Assembly: GCA_964016885.1 (NCBI GenBank)
Contig: OZ024740.1
Coordinates: 321,904,001 to 321,968,000 of the forward strand
DNA length: 64,000 nucleotides
Direction: 5' to 3'
Origin: Eledone cirrhosa
Lineage: Eukaryota
The translations under genes and the position numbers were made by a program. A model generated the notes under the pieces. The model had not been told where the DNA came from, did not search any database, and saw nothing but the letters and a program-made list of their open reading frames with translations. Numbering within the stretch: position 1 is the first letter of the stretch; every line of letters begins with the position of its first letter. This document shows positions 31,124 to 44,675 of this stretch, piece after piece.

Positions 31124-31415
31124 AAGGCGGGTAAAATTCCCGAGATCCATGGACGAGTTCTCTCCAGCGGTCTCTGTCCCTCATTATCGCTGCCATATCC
31201 TGCATCTCCAAAAGACCAGTGTCTGTCCTTAGGGCATCAACATATGTTAACCTTGGTCTTCCTCTTCTAGTGTGTCCATGTAGGGGCTCCCAAAGGAGCA
31301 CTGAGTGCAATGTCAACTCTGGATGTCGGTGAGCATGTCCAGCCAACCTCAGTCTCCTCTGTGTCACTTTTGAGCTGACTTTTGGGATGCTCCCATACAG
31401 CTCTGAGTTTTTCAT
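31122..31415 (-). mobile_element. RTE-type LINE 3' fragment
   Basis: NSELYG..P.VS....RRLRLAGH..RH......VLLWEP..G..RRGRP..TYVD.L..DTG...M.DR..WR. Confidence 0.85.
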
Positions 31416-31461
31416 CCTCAGTGTATACTGATTAATGTATACTGATTAATATAAATATATA

Positions 31462-32140
31462 TACGGAAAAAATGAAACGAAATTTCATTTCTCACTCTTA
31501 GTACGTACATACATATCTGTATATAGACGTACAGTAGTATGTATATAATTAAAGCTTAATTCGGGATGTTTGTTTACAAATACACCGAGCATTATAATAA
31601 ATGTTCGGTGAATCCATACGTACATATATATATGTGTGCATGTATGTATATATATATATATACTACTGTACGTCTGTATACATATATGTATGTACGTATA
31701 CATACTTATATTTAAGTAACAGCCGTACTAAGAGTGAGAAATGAAATTTCGTTTCATTTTTTCCGTTTATCGTTTTCGGTGTCCCGGCCGATTAACTCAC
31801 TCGATATGCAAATTAGGCTGCTCAGCCGTTAATGTGCATAAGGAAAGTTTATACTTTCAGACGTTCAACCATCTGGCAGGAAGGTATACGTTGCTGACGA
31901 TAGCTAATAAGCTTGAAACTAGTACAACGTTCCTTTGTCAGTGTTGAACAAATGAGCAACGATGTTTGCTAGACACTATACGGCTTAATTCGGGATGTTT
32001 GTTTACAAACACACCGAGCATTATAATAAATGTTCGGTGAATCCATACGTACATATATATATGTGTGCATGTATGTATATATATATATATACATACTACT
32101 GTACGTCTGTATACATATATGTACGTATACATACTTATAT
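31462..32140. mobile_element. retrozyme-like element (family D): short minus arm + ~1.4 plus copies of a 429-bp monomer
   Basis: GCTTAATTCGGG at 31554 and 31983; inverted arm 31462-31547; (TA)-rich flanks. Confidence 0.85.
31888..31930 (+). ncRNA. type I hammerhead ribozyme motif (family D)
   Basis: ACGTTG-CTGACGA-tAGCT aata AGCTt-GAAA-CTAG-TA-CAACGT. Confidence 0.9.
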
Positions 32141-32157
32141 ATATATATATATATATA

Positions 32158-32528
32158 GTGCCAATCGTATATGTAATATAGAATATTTTTCAATCAATCC
32201 CGGTTGGAGTTGTATAAATGAAATAATTCCGTCGGAAAAGTCCAGGAAAAAAGAGTGCTCTATGTAGGTAACAGAGCTTAATAGTTATGTAATAAACAAC
32301 ATAAGGCAATTATTTCATTTACCAGTGGTTTCTTAAAAGCAAAAAAATGTTGCTTTCAATCATCAGAATGAAAAATTCCTGGTGTATTTATTGACATTGG
32401 ATTTAAAATCCAATGTCAATAAATACACCATGATTTTTTCATTCTGATGATTGAAAGCAACATTTTTTTGCTTTTAAGAAACCACTGGTAAATGAAATAA
32501 TTGCCTTATGTTGTTTATTACATAACTA
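32158..32528. mobile_element. fold-back element (family C), arms 32282-32404 / 32406-32528, inside (TA)n
   Basis: near-perfect inverted repeat, each arm carrying a hammerhead. Confidence 0.85.
32437..32497 (+). ncRNA. type I hammerhead ribozyme motif (family C); minus copy 32313-32373
   Basis: TTTCATT-CTGATGA-TTGAAAGCAA/TTGCTTTTAA-GAAA-CCACTGG-TA-AATGAAA. Confidence 0.9.
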
Positions 32529-32529
32529 A

Positions 32530-32584
<55 letters not shown>

Positions 32585-32657
32585 GACAGACAAACAGATA
32601 GGTAGTTATTAGTTATCTATCTAACTATCTATTTATCTCTTTCGTTCTCCTCTCTCT

Positions 32658-32716
<59 letters not shown>

Positions 32717-33199
32717 TGTGTGTGTGCGTGTATGTGTGTAGATAGATAAATGTAGGCGCAAGATAGAGAGAGAGAGAACCACCAGGTTCAGTGATTCATC
32801 TTAAGTAAGATGTTTGTCAACATAAGTCTATAAGGCTCCAATTCTCCTCCTATTCTTTAGAATGTTCTGTGTGGAACTGGGAAGTTGAATGCCAAAAATA
32901 TAACTATTTGTCACTGACAAAGTAGATTCCATTGTTTGAAGTGTCGTTAGGATGGTTTGAGACTAAACAATTGCTGCCTCAGCATTTATATTAAACTTAC
33001 TCTAAAATGTCCGTTCAGGGTTTCAAGTTACTCTTGACTCATTCTGACTCATGGTTTTCATTAAAAAATGGATACCGTAGGGGTCTCTCGTCTCACATTT
33101 GTAATAGAGTGAGTTGAAAAAACAAACTTCTAACTCTTGATATCAAACCGCATGAAATCGTTCTTGTTTCTATGATACAAAAAAGTTTGTTTTAAAGTG

Positions 33200-33962
33200 C
33201 ATATAGTTATCTAAAAAAAAAACCTTCCATCATAGTCTTCTGTAATAACCTTTGTTAAGTTATATTCCAAACACCAGCTTAATAATGAGAAAGTTAGTTA
33301 CATTACTAAATCCCTCAAAATTTCTGAATGATTTTAAAATTATTTGAAAACCATAGGTAGTGTTTTTCATTAGTAAAGAAAGCATTTATATTACTCTATA
33401 TATACTATTGTATGTTTGTGGTAAAGGTTTTATCTTACATCATTATCTCACATAATATCGAATCTACGAGATTTTGATGTTATTTATTTTGAGAACAATA
33501 CCTTAACGTCAGTATGAGTGGTCAGTTACGGCCAGTTTGAACAGAAAGAGATGAGAGAATTCTGGCCGGATATGGCTGGTTTAAATGCTAATGGGTTATG
33601 GTTTATATTTATCTATAATCCATTCATCATAATTTTATGTAAGGATCTTTTTTAAGTTATGTTCCAAACAACAGTTTAATAATGACTAAGTTAGTTATAT
33701 TACTAAATCCCTCCAATTTTTTAAAATTATTTTCGAAATTATTTGAAAATCATAGGTAGTGTTTTTCACTAGAAATATGAGGAAAACATTCCATCAAGAT
33801 TTTATGTGAAAACATTTATGAAATTATATTCCAAACAACATCTTAATAATGAGAAAGTTAGTTATATTACTAAATTCTTCCAAATCCTCGATTGATTTCA
33901 AAGTTACTTAAAAAGCATAGGCAATGTTTTTTTAATTAGAAATACGGTAAAGAACGGGTTAA
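33200..33962. repeat. three diverged copies of an AT-rich repeat with GGGTTA(A) ends (possible TTAA-type MITE)
   Basis: TTATATTCCAAACA.CAG.TTAATAATGA.AAAGTTAGTTA.ATTACTAAAT at ~33260, 33655, 33825. Confidence 0.55.
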
Positions 33963-34358
33963 CATCACTCTCCATCCAGTTAGTATCACAACCAAACGAC
34001 TGTACACAGGACCTGCACTAACATTATGGCCACTTAGACAACAGTAAGCTGAGAGAAATAGTTTTTGACACTTCTTGCTCTGGCCAAACTTAAGAAAATT
34101 GCTAAGCCTGCATTTTCTACTACACAGTCCATATTCACCTATGCTAAATTATGTGACAGGTCATAACACATTACATATTTCCACAACGCTACTACGGGCA
34201 AGGATGTTTTATAATTTATTTATTGAACGCAGGAAATTAATTAATATGTAATTCAATTTATACAAATCTGTATAAAACTGAGATTTTAAGGTCCAGTGAT
34301 GTACCTCTCAGAGGTCTGCGCATTAGGTGGCGGCTTGGTTGGCCTAATGGTAACGCCG

Positions 34359-34417
<59 letters not shown>

Positions 34418-34663
34418 GTAAGACCAAAGAATCATTAGATAAAATATATACAGTATTTCCTCTCCCAATCGGTATAAATTAACCACACAAAAAATCATTT
34501 AAACGAGGCTATAAGTTTAAAATGTACTTATGAAGAAATAATAGACAGATGATACAGATTCTTTTCCGCGATGTACAGCCATATACACTTACCTAGTATT
34601 TCTCCTAGCCTGTAGAAATTGACTAGACAAATAGTTAACTACACGGAATTAGGTACAAAATTG

Positions 34664-34716
<53 letters not shown>

Positions 34717-34893
34717 TACAATAACAGAGATAGTTTAAAACTAATCTCTGACTGGTAACCATCTCACTCAACAAACATTAGGTTATATTTTAATATAAAC
34801 CCAATTTAAGTGTTTGGGGTGCTAACAATATGTATTATGTGGAAAAGCCAATTGTATTATTTTATGAGATATAATTAAAGTTAAAATATTTAT

Positions 34894-35062
34894 ATATGAA
34901 AGTGTCGGGACCCCAGCGGCTGAGCTCTTGCTGTTACAGCCGCTAGATCGGAACTAGCTGTTGAAACGGCAAGAGGTCAGCCGTCGGGGTCCCGACACTT
35001 TCATATTACCACACTCTTTTCTACCCCAAGTATCGAGTACTCTGGTGAGTAATGGTCGAACA
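34894..35062. repeat. family G-related imperfect hairpin element
   Basis: hairpin 34894-35006 followed by CTACCC.AAGTAT.GAGTACTCTGGTG as in 24165-24200 (minus). Confidence 0.75.
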
Positions 35063-35089
35063 GTTTTTTTTACTGCATCCATTTTGATT

Positions 35090-35185
<96 letters not shown>

Positions 35186-35361
35186 CGTCTTTGGTTGCGT
35201 AAAAAATACTATATTACTAAAATATAATTATCATCAGAAGTAATATAACACTGTTTATCACTAGGGCCAAAACAATAAAAATAATATTTATATTTTTACC
35301 CATGTGATAAATGGTGTCCTATTACTGCTGACAATTCTACTTTATTAATGTATGTATGTAT

Positions 35362-35883
35362 GTTGTCAGTTCGCTCTCGGGTGTTACTGGTAACATGTAA
35401 CCCAGTACAACCTGTCTCATGGTGGGGTTGTCAGTGATTAAACTGGCAACCCCACCAAGCTTGCTTTGTGAGGAGGGTGATATTTGGACACCCTGCGTGA
35501 ATAAATACAAGATCCGGCAAAGGGTGGAGGAACTCAGCAGAGTAAACGGCCATCCAAATAGTAGTTCTTTTTTTTCCACCTGGGAATGAAAGGCCCCCAA
35601 TTGTTGTCTCAACACCTTTCTAGGAGAGAAAAGCCTGTGGCTCCGGAAGCATCTGATGATGTTGACAAGTTCTCCTTTTCGGGTAGTGTTTTCGATGCTC
35701 AGAGAGTGGGATATGTGGAGTGCAAGGCCTTTCCCCACTTAAAAAACCTTCAAAGCAAAGCACAGGCATTGCATTTCAGGATCTGTTACAGGTTTGTGTG
35801 TCTGGCTGTAGCCTAAGGGTGCACTATTTTCTGTAATCTGACAAGCGATTGCAATACTCCTAGCAGAGTTTACAACCACCATG
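35362..35883 (+). mobile_element. bipartite non-autonomous RTE derivative (5' UTR fused to 3' end)
   Basis: homologous to 46866-47477; CTAGGAGA..AAA and ACTGGCAACCCCACC RTE-like 5' motifs; (ATGT)n on both sides. Confidence 0.6.
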
Positions 35884-35891
35884 TATGTATG

Positions 35892-36957
35892 TTCTTCTGG
35901 TTTTATAATTTCACAAATTTTTGCCAATATAGACAGAGAGAGGGTCGGTTTCTAACGTAGATACAAGACTCTCTCATTAGAATTTACACAACATCAACTA
36001 GGTAGATATGTATGCATGTCTGCATGCCTGCATGTGTGTGCAGGTATGGATGTTATTGTATGTGTGGATGTGTATGTTTTGAGTTGTGTGCATGTGCATA
36101 TGCTTTGTATCAGTAAAAGTGTATATGGTTATTAGATGCAGAATTTTTGGAATGTTTTACATATTTTTACTGTTCCATTAATGGAATGTACTTGTAATTT
36201 CCTAACTAGTTGTGTTCTTTCTGTTCCTGTGAAGCCCAGCTTCTCAAGATTTGTATTGAGGCAGTTACTAACATATCCCAGTAATCACAGGCATAAATCT
36301 GAAAGTATAGTCAGGGTGGAGTATCTGCAGATTTCTCATTAGTTCTTCATAGATATTCTCCTTTTCGCTAATCTTTGATATTATATTGGCATCTGCTGGG
36401 CAGCTAATTTCCACTACTGTGCATGCTTTCTTCTCCCTGTCCCATATCATAATATCTGGTCTGTTATGCCTGCATTTTATTGGGGTTTTTACTGGAACAT
36501 TCCACCAGTACTCTTTCATATTATGTATATGTATGTCTTCCACATTGCTGTAGCTTTTAATGTGTTTATTATTGGGGCTATTTTTTCTGCGGATTACATT
36601 GTACAGTGTTTGGCCACTACATCATGCCTCATAGGTAGATAGTACCACGATGACATCTTTATACAGCTGCTGATGACATGGGTGACATCTTCGATGGTAA
36701 TTCTGCAGAGTCTCCACTTGTCACATCTAGGTGTTTTGCCTGCATCTCTATCTCTTTTGTGAATCAGGTATTTTGTCTTGATTTCCTGTTCTTGGATTGC
36801 AAAAGTGTATCCTTCAAAGTGGGAGCCAATATAGCGGTTGTTGGTCCAAGATAGACGACTTTGTTTATCTATATTACTCTCACTCTGGAGCTTCCTGGCA
36901 ACATATCCATGCATGATATTTTTCATCCATGGATTCACTGCGGTACTGCTGGGCCAC
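35892..36957 (-). mobile_element. R4/Dong-like LINE, 5'-truncated copy 2
   Basis: near duplicate of 37070-38150; MRHDVVAK, NRPDIMIWD..VVEISCP. Confidence 0.9.
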
Positions 36958-37069
36958 TATGTATGCATGTATGTATGTATGTATGTATGTATGTATGTAT
37001 GTATGTATGTATGTATGTATGTATGTATGTATGTATGTATGTATGTATGTATGTATGTGAGTGTGTATG

Positions 37070-40000
37070 TTCTTCTGGTTTTATAATTTCACAAAGTTTT
37101 ACAAATAGAGAAAGAGTCAGTTTCTAACATAGACACAAGACTCTCTCATTGGAATTTACACAACATCAACTAGGTAGGTATGTATGTATGCATGCATATG
37201 TAGATATGGATGTTATTGTATGTGTGGATGTGGATGTTTTGAGTTGTATGTGTGCATGTGTATATGCTTTGCATCTGTATATGTGTATATGCAGTAATTA
37301 GATGCAACATTTTTGGAATGTCTTACATATTTTTCCTGTTCCATTAATGGATTGTACTTGTAATTTCCTAACTAGTTGTGTTCTTTCTGTTCCTGTGAAG
37401 CCTAGCTTCTCAAGATTTGTATTGAGGCAGTTACTAACATACCCCAGTGCCCCAATAATCACAGGCATAAATCTGAAGGTATAATCAGGGTAGAGTATCT
37501 GCAGATTTCTCATCAGTTCTGCATAAATGTTCTCCTTTTCACTAATCTTTGATATTATATTGGCATCTGCTGGGCAGCTAATTTCCACTACTGTGCATGC
37601 TTTCTTCTCCCTGTCCTATATCATAATATCTGGTCTGTTATGCCTGCATTTTATTGGGGTTTTTACTGGAACATTCCACCATACTCTTTCATATTATGTA
37701 CATGGATGTCTTCCACATTGCTGTAGCTTTTAATGTGTTTATTATCGGGGCAATCTTTTTTACGAACTGCATTGTACAGTGCTTTGGCCACTACACCATG
37801 CCTCATAGGTAGATAGTACCGCGATGACATCTTTGGACAGCTGCTGATGACATGGGTGATATCCTCGATGTTAGTTCTGCAGAGTCTGCACTTGTTATCA
37901 CATCTAGGTGTTTTGCCTGCATCCCTATCTCTTTTGTGAATCAGGTATTTCGTGCTAATCTCCTGTTCCTGGATTTCAAAAGCGTATCCTTCAAAGTGGG
38001 AGCCAATATAGCGGTTGTTGGTCCAAGATAGACTACTTTCCTTATCTATATTACTCTCACTCTGGAGCTTCCTGGCAACATATCCATGCATGATTTTTTG
38101 CTGATGGGCATGCAGTTTTTCATCCATGGATTCACTGCGATACTGCTGAGCAACATCCCTGGGTGTGAGTTTTTGATTATCACACAGGGAATATCTCTCG
38201 AGGACTTCCTTCCCAACTCTCATGATCTTATCTGTTTCATGCAGATAGACTTGCTCGAGAAACGGGCTCCTACGCTTCGAGGTTCGTAGATGTTGTTGGA
38301 GAGATATGATGCGACATTCAAATGTTGACTGGACTGATGTTAGGCCTCTGCCTCCCTGCTTACGTTTCAAGTAAAGGCGGTCTATGTCACTGTTGATGTG
38401 GAAGTTTCCGGTGTTGTTCAGTATTTTTCGAGTTCCAACATCAAATGCTCGGATTTCGTCTATCGTCCAATTGAGTATTCCAAACGTTGGTGTTAGGACA
38501 GGCACAGCAAACACATTGTGAGCCACTTTTGTTTTGCGCAGAAAGTTCCGATGACCAGATCTTTCTTTATCGGGTGTAGTATTCCTTGGTTACGCGTTCT
38601 TTATTACAGATACCATTATAGGATATGTTCTCATCAATCCCCAGGTATCTGTAGCAGTCCTCATCAGATATCGGTGAAACGGTTAGGCTATTGATGACAA
38701 TGTTGCTAGATTGGGTTGTTGTTTTTCCCCGCTTTACAGTCATGTATGAGCATTTATCTTGGCCAAACTCCATTCCTATATCCTTTGAGAACGTTGTAAC
38801 CAGGTCAAGATTTTTCTTCATCCCATCCATGTTCTTGGCATAGAGTTTCAGATCGTCCACAAAGAAATTATGGGTTAGGTTCGTATTTCTGTCCTCCTGT
38901 GAGCCAATGATGTATCCCTCACATTTCTTGAACAGAAAGGGCAAGGGGTTTAATGACAAGATGAATAATATTACAGAGAGACTGTCCCCCCTGAAATATA
39001 CCCCTGCAATATTTTATTTTATCAGTGAAAATAGAGTCCTCCCTCTCTGTCTTTAACCTTAGGATAGTAGCCCAAGAAGAAGACAGCTTCTCTATGGCTC
39101 TGACAATAATGTCTGGGACTTTAGCAAGTTGGAGAGTCTCTATCATCCAAGAGTGGGGAACAGAATCAAAAGCTTTCCTGTAGGCCAGCCAGACTGTAGT
39201 CATATTCCTCCTAAGTTGTCGCACCTCCGACATCGCAGTTTTGTTGATTAGGAGTTGTTCAGCACATCTCCAAACTCCTTTCTTTCCAGCTGCTTGTTCA
39301 TCTGTGATGATGTTATTATTTTCACAGTGACCTTGGAGGAATAGGTTCAGGCAGGCTGTATACATCTTATACATCAGGTTCTGGTATGCAATGGGTCGGT
39401 AATTTTTTGCCAAGTGGGTGTCTTTGTTCTTGGGGACTAGTAATGTTTGTGTTAATGTCAACCATTCTGGTATAAGTGTATCTCCCTTAAGAACCTGTTG
39501 GTAGAGGTCAGTAAGATACCTCCGATAGAATATCAGTTTTTTGTACCAGTAGCCGACAATCATGTCTCTTCCTGGTGTTTTCTTATCTTGGAGTTTTCCT
39601 ATCACAGTCTCAAGGGTACCCTCACGTATTTCGTATGTTTTTGTTGTAGTGTAGGAGCAATAGTTCTTTCGGATTTCCCTTAACCACACTGCATCTTGGT
39701 TGAAACTCTTCTTTTCACCCCATATTTTTCTCCAAAAGGAATCTATGTCTTTCTGGGATGGGGCCTCAGTGACACTTATTATTCTGCCCTTCACATCTCT
39801 ATAAACTGATGTTTGGTTTCGTCTGAATCTTTTATTAAGCACTTTTCTCTCATCTACCTTCTTCAGGTATTGGCGTTTTTCGCTAACAGCTCCCAATTCT
39901 TGTTTGAGGGTAATCAGCTTATATTGGAGAGTTCTGGTTCTACTGTTACCAAACATCGTCTCTATTTTATTTTTCACTCTTTGTTGGTGAGGAGTGAGGT

Positions 40001-40222
40001 TTTTTTGTGTTTGTTTGCATGTAAGGAGCATTGTCACATATCCTATGTTTTTTCGTAGGTCAGCAATCTTTTTTCTATTTTAGTTATATATGATGGTATA
40101 TTTGGTGGTGTTTTGTTCTTGTTAATATCTCTGCTATCACCAAGATAATGCTTCACTGTCATTGCTAAGGCATATAAATAGGCGTTGATTTGTCAAAATG
40201 TTGGGGTTTTTATCCGTCGTAA
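37070..40222 (-). mobile_element. R4/Dong-like LINE (RT + CCHC + restriction-like endonuclease), 5'-truncated, frameshifted
   Basis: NYRPI, AYRKAFDSVPH, RGIFQG, FFVDDLKLY, YRYLG, CRLC...EDITHVISSC, PD..EISCP; flanked by (CATA)n. Confidence 0.93.
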
Positions 40223-40244
40223 ATATGTATGTATGTATGTATGT

Positions 40245-40645
40245 AAAGCCTTTCCTCTCTTAAAAAAGCTTCAAGCACAGGCATCGCTTGATATGTGACA
40301 TTTTTTGTGATGCATGGTATTGCTTAGCCATAGGCAAGTCCCTAGCAGGATTAAAAAGCCACGTCCGTGATGCTCATACTTAAGTATCAAGCGATGGCAT
40401 TACTCGAAATCTAGTTGCAGCCATCATGTATATGTATGTATGGATGTACGGATGTACGGATGGATTGATGGATTGATGGATTGATGTATGTTTGTATTTG
40501 TGGATATATGTATATATGTATGTATGTGTATGTATGTATGTATGTATGTATGTATGTATGTATGTAGGTATGTATATATATATATTTTTTTTTTTTCTCG
40601 TGCAATGGCCATACTCGATAACGAGGGGGCAGCCATCATCATCAT
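40245..40645 (+). mobile_element. two RTE-like 3' terminal fragments (40245-40430, 40597-40645)
   Basis: terminal hairpin TGGC..TACTCGA...CGAG..GCAGCCA followed by (CAT)n/(ATGT)n, as in the 46866 element. Confidence 0.6.
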
Positions 40646-40733
40646 GTAGGTATGTATATATTTTGTATGTTTGTGTGTATATATAAGTTTGTATGTATGT
40701 ATGTATGTATGTATGTACGTGTGTGTATGTATG

Positions 40734-40768
<35 letters not shown>

Positions 40769-41128
40769 ATCTATGTATGTATCACCGTTGATAAAATAAC
40801 TACGTCATACCTCTCAACATTCAGTCCTACTCACAATATAACATGTGACGTCACACATTCTAAGATTTCAATTTATCTCTGACTGAGTGTTTCTCTGTTG
40901 TTTCACACCTGATATCAATGTTCATACACACACACATATACAAAGACACGCATACACATACGCACATATACAAAGACACGCATTAACATATGCACATATA
41001 CAAAGACACACAAACACATACATATACACACACACACACATACCGACAGACACTCATACATATGTAGATATACACAGACATACAGACACACACACATATA
41101 TATATACGTACGTACGTACATACATACA

Positions 41129-41160
<32 letters not shown>

Positions 41161-41377
41161 AATATGTCTACGTGGAGATCAAATCTTGAGCCACTGTTTC
41201 AGTCACATTCCATTATCTATAGGTAGATCAAAGTCGGACGAACCCCACTGTGTGAGTGATTGGGTGTGTGTGTGTGGGGGGGGGGGATGTTATATCTGTG
41301 TGTGTGTGTGGGGGGGGGATGGTATATCTGTGTGTGAGTGTGCACGTAAATTGATAAATAGGTACACAATTTTCACG

Positions 41378-41409
<32 letters not shown>

Positions 41410-41599
41410 CATAAACAAACACACACACGCACCACCCTATATATACTGTATATATATATACATCACACTCACACACACATAAATATATATACATATATAT
41501 ATACATCTCACTCACATACATATAAATATATATACATATATATATACATAAGAACTTGAGTTCTTAGAAAAAGAAAGCAGCCCCTTAATTCATAAACTA

Positions 41600-42780
41600 C
41601 AGATGTATGCCTGTGTAATACCTGGGTTTATAGGATCAGGATGTGAAATTTCATGTTAATGAACTTTTATATGGTGTTTGAACCCGGATTTTGTTTTACA
41701 TACCTTCCACAAATTGTACAAGTAGTCACATTTGGAGGTGCAGGGAGATTTGTAACATAATCTGCCTGTGTCATTGCCTGTACATGCGTTTTCCTATGGT
41801 TTGCAACTAGCTTTAGAGAGAACGGCGCGGTGACAGAAATTGCAATTCCAATAATCAACATTTTCAAACTCTACCAACTCACCGTTTCTTAGTTCCCGCC
41901 AACCTTATCACAGTCACTTATATATTTGGCACAACATAAGGTTCTCTTGGTGATGGAGTGTACTTCAACTTGGTCTTAGTTAAGATTAAAGTGACCCCCA
42001 AAATAGTACATGTTTCAGAAAATGCATTCATCGTGTACTGCATGTCTGATTCTGGGTGTGCAACAAAATCCGCATCATCAGCCTGCAAAAATTCTCCAAA
42101 AAACACATTGAATGTCACAGATATATTTTTAAATCTTCTTAAATTAAAGACTTACCCAGATGTTCAGAAACGTAAGTTTATGTCTCGTTTACAATTGTGG
42201 AATGCATAAGCAAGGCGAATGGCAATGTATATTGCAAATAATGTTGGAGCAGGAATGTCCCCCTGATTAATACCATTGTCCACATGAATTTCTTCAGAGA
42301 ATTTTCCATTAAATACCTTCATGTTTTAATGTAGTTGTTCGAAAATCTGCAAAGGTTTCTGTGGGCAGCCTAATTTATTAAATAATGATCGATAAGGCTT
42401 CTCTGTTTATCAAGTCAATAAAAACTTGATATAAAGACGTGCTGTTCTATGCATCTGTTTAGCTGAGAAGATCATATCCAATGTCCCTTTTCTGCTCTGA
42501 AACCAGATTGAGTTTCTGGAAGAATCAATGGACATATATTTTCCGAAAGGCGATTCAGCATCACCTTAGATATTACCTTTCCAACAGATTCCAGTATTGT
42601 GATCCTACGAAAGTTGTTACAATTGGATTCTTTTCCTTTACCTTTGTAAATGAAGATCAAGATTCTATCAACTTAGTCTTCTGCTATTGGTGCCCCTTCC
42701 TAACATTTCATGAGAAGTGTATGGATAGCACGTAGCTTCATTATTCAATCAGTAATGCTAGACGGGCACTGTAAATGTTT
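41600..42780 (-). mobile_element. degenerate RTE (BovB-like) LINE fragments
   Basis: YKGKG..SNCNNFRRITILESVGK...RL....LPETQSGFR, ADDADFVAH, CTICGR. Confidence 0.8.
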
Positions 42781-42889
42781 TGCCAATGTTGGTCTGATAA
42801 CAAAACCAACTCCACTTTATCGACGCTCGCCTTTAGGCTTACCAACCCAGAAAAGTATATATCCTGATGTTACCTCAATCAAGGGAGAG

Positions 42890-43140
42890 ATACATTTTTG
42901 AGAGGGCAACAATAGTTACAAGTGCAGTTCCTCGTTCTGGCCGGTTTCATCAATTCTGGTCCAAATATGTGTTCTGCAGTCTGCTCTGGCAAGCCACACT
43001 GGTGAGCCACACGGGTAAACTGCTGATGGACGCAGCCCCCAACGGTGCATAGCTGCATTGGATCGGCCGACACCAATGCGTAGCCGATTTAGGGACACCT
43101 ACTCCCTCCGAGAGAGGTTAGCACCTGGTTGAAGGGCTGT
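42890..43140 (-). mobile_element. Ingi/I-group LINE 3' fragment
   Basis: LNRLRIGVGR...MHRWGL..S....CG / QTAEHI. Confidence 0.65.
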
Positions 43141-43204
43141 ATTGGGGTTGATATTCAGTTGGGCCGATCGAGATATTGGTTACCTGAGACTATACCAGGT
43201 AGAT

Positions 43205-43330
43205 GTAAATAATGTTTTCTATTATAGGCACAAGGCCAACAATTTGAGGGGAGGGGAAAGTCAATTAGATCGACCCCGGTGCATTACAGGTACTTTATTT
43301 TGTCAACGACGTAAGGATGAACCTCGGCGA
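43205..43330 (-). mobile_element. tRNA-derived SINE fragment
   Basis: reverse complement of SINE central domain and tail. Confidence 0.8.
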
Positions 43331-43444
43331 GATGGTGATAATCATGAGAATGATAATCGTGGTGGTGGTGGTGGTGGTGGTTATAATGATGACGGTGTTG
43401 ATGATCACGACGATAGGGATGATGTTTATGATGATTACGATAAT

Positions 43445-44165
43445 GTTATTGATGATGATGACAGTGGGGATGATGATGATGACAGTGGGGATGATGATGA
43501 TGACGGTGGGGATGATGATGATGACGGTGGGGATGATGATGATGATGACAGTGGGGATGATGATGATGACGGTAGTGATGATGATGATGACAGTGGGGAT
43601 GATGATGACGGTGGGGATGATGATGACAGTGGGGATGATGATGATGACGGTAGTGATGATGATGATGACAGTGGGGATGATGATGACGGTGGGGATGATG
43701 ATGACAGTGGGGATGATGATGACAGTGGGGATGATGATGATGACGGTAGTGATGATGATGATGACAGTGGGGATGATGATGATGACGGTGGGGATGATGA
43801 TGATGATGACAGTGGGGATGATGATGATGACAGTGGGGATGATGATGATGACGGTGGGGATGATGATGATGATGACAGTGGGGATGATGATGATGACGGT
43901 AGTGATGATGATGATGACGGTGGGGATGATGATGACAGTGGGGATGATGATGATGACGGTGGGGATGATGATGACGGTAGTGATGATGATGATGACAGTG
44001 GGGATGATGATGACGGTGGGGATGATGATGATGATGACAGTGGGGATGATGATGACGGTAGTGATGATGATGATGACGGTGGGGATGATGATGACGGTAG
44101 TGATGATGATGATGACGGTGGGGATGATGATGATGGTAGTGATGATGATGATGATGATGATGACG
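43445..44165. repeat. compound triplet minisatellite (GAT)2-4-GAC-RGT-GGG/AGT
   Basis: directly visible. Confidence 0.97.
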
Positions 44166-44324
44166 TGCTAAATGAATAAATAAATAGATAAAATAAAAGT
44201 TCAATGAAGGACGAAAACAAAGACAGGATCTCATGGTGTGAGAGAAAGGGTAGATAGAGATAATCTTACTGTATATATATATATATATATACACACACGT
44301 ACGTATATACACATATATTTGCAT

Positions 44325-44367
<43 letters not shown>

Positions 44368-44451
44368 CATACGTATTTATATATATATATAAATATAAGT
44401 ATGTATACGTACATACATATATGTATACAGACGTACAGTAGTATGTATATA

Positions 44452-44497
<46 letters not shown>

Positions 44498-44574
44498 GGA
44501 GGTGAGTTTTATTGTAGTACAATAAAGCAATGCACTATCCACAAGTGTTTTTTAGCCTTCATATCATGTTCTCC

Positions 44575-44645
44575 TGTTTTATCTGATGAAAACACAAATA
44601 TTATTGCATGATGATGTTTGTTTTTGAAATGCGCATAATAAAATA
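44575..44645 (+). ncRNA. type I hammerhead ribozyme motif (family F)
   Basis: TGTTTTAT-CTGATGA-long stem II (CAAATATTATT/GATGATGTTTG)-GAAA-TGCGCA-TA-ATAAAATA; in a ~180-bp insert between (TA)n runs. Confidence 0.88.
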
Positions 44646-44675
44646 CATGGAACTCATTTAACCATCTTTTGATCT

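Noticed and set aside
35207-35250. Minus-strand TATATTACT-tCTGATGA...AGTAATATA
   Set aside because: Stem I-like pairing is present but GAAA/stem III are absent; at best a deleted relic
43142-44179. Asp-rich 345-aa ORF resembling acidic shell-matrix proteins
   Set aside because: N-terminus runs through a SINE, no signal peptide, several frames open because of the (GAT)n repeat
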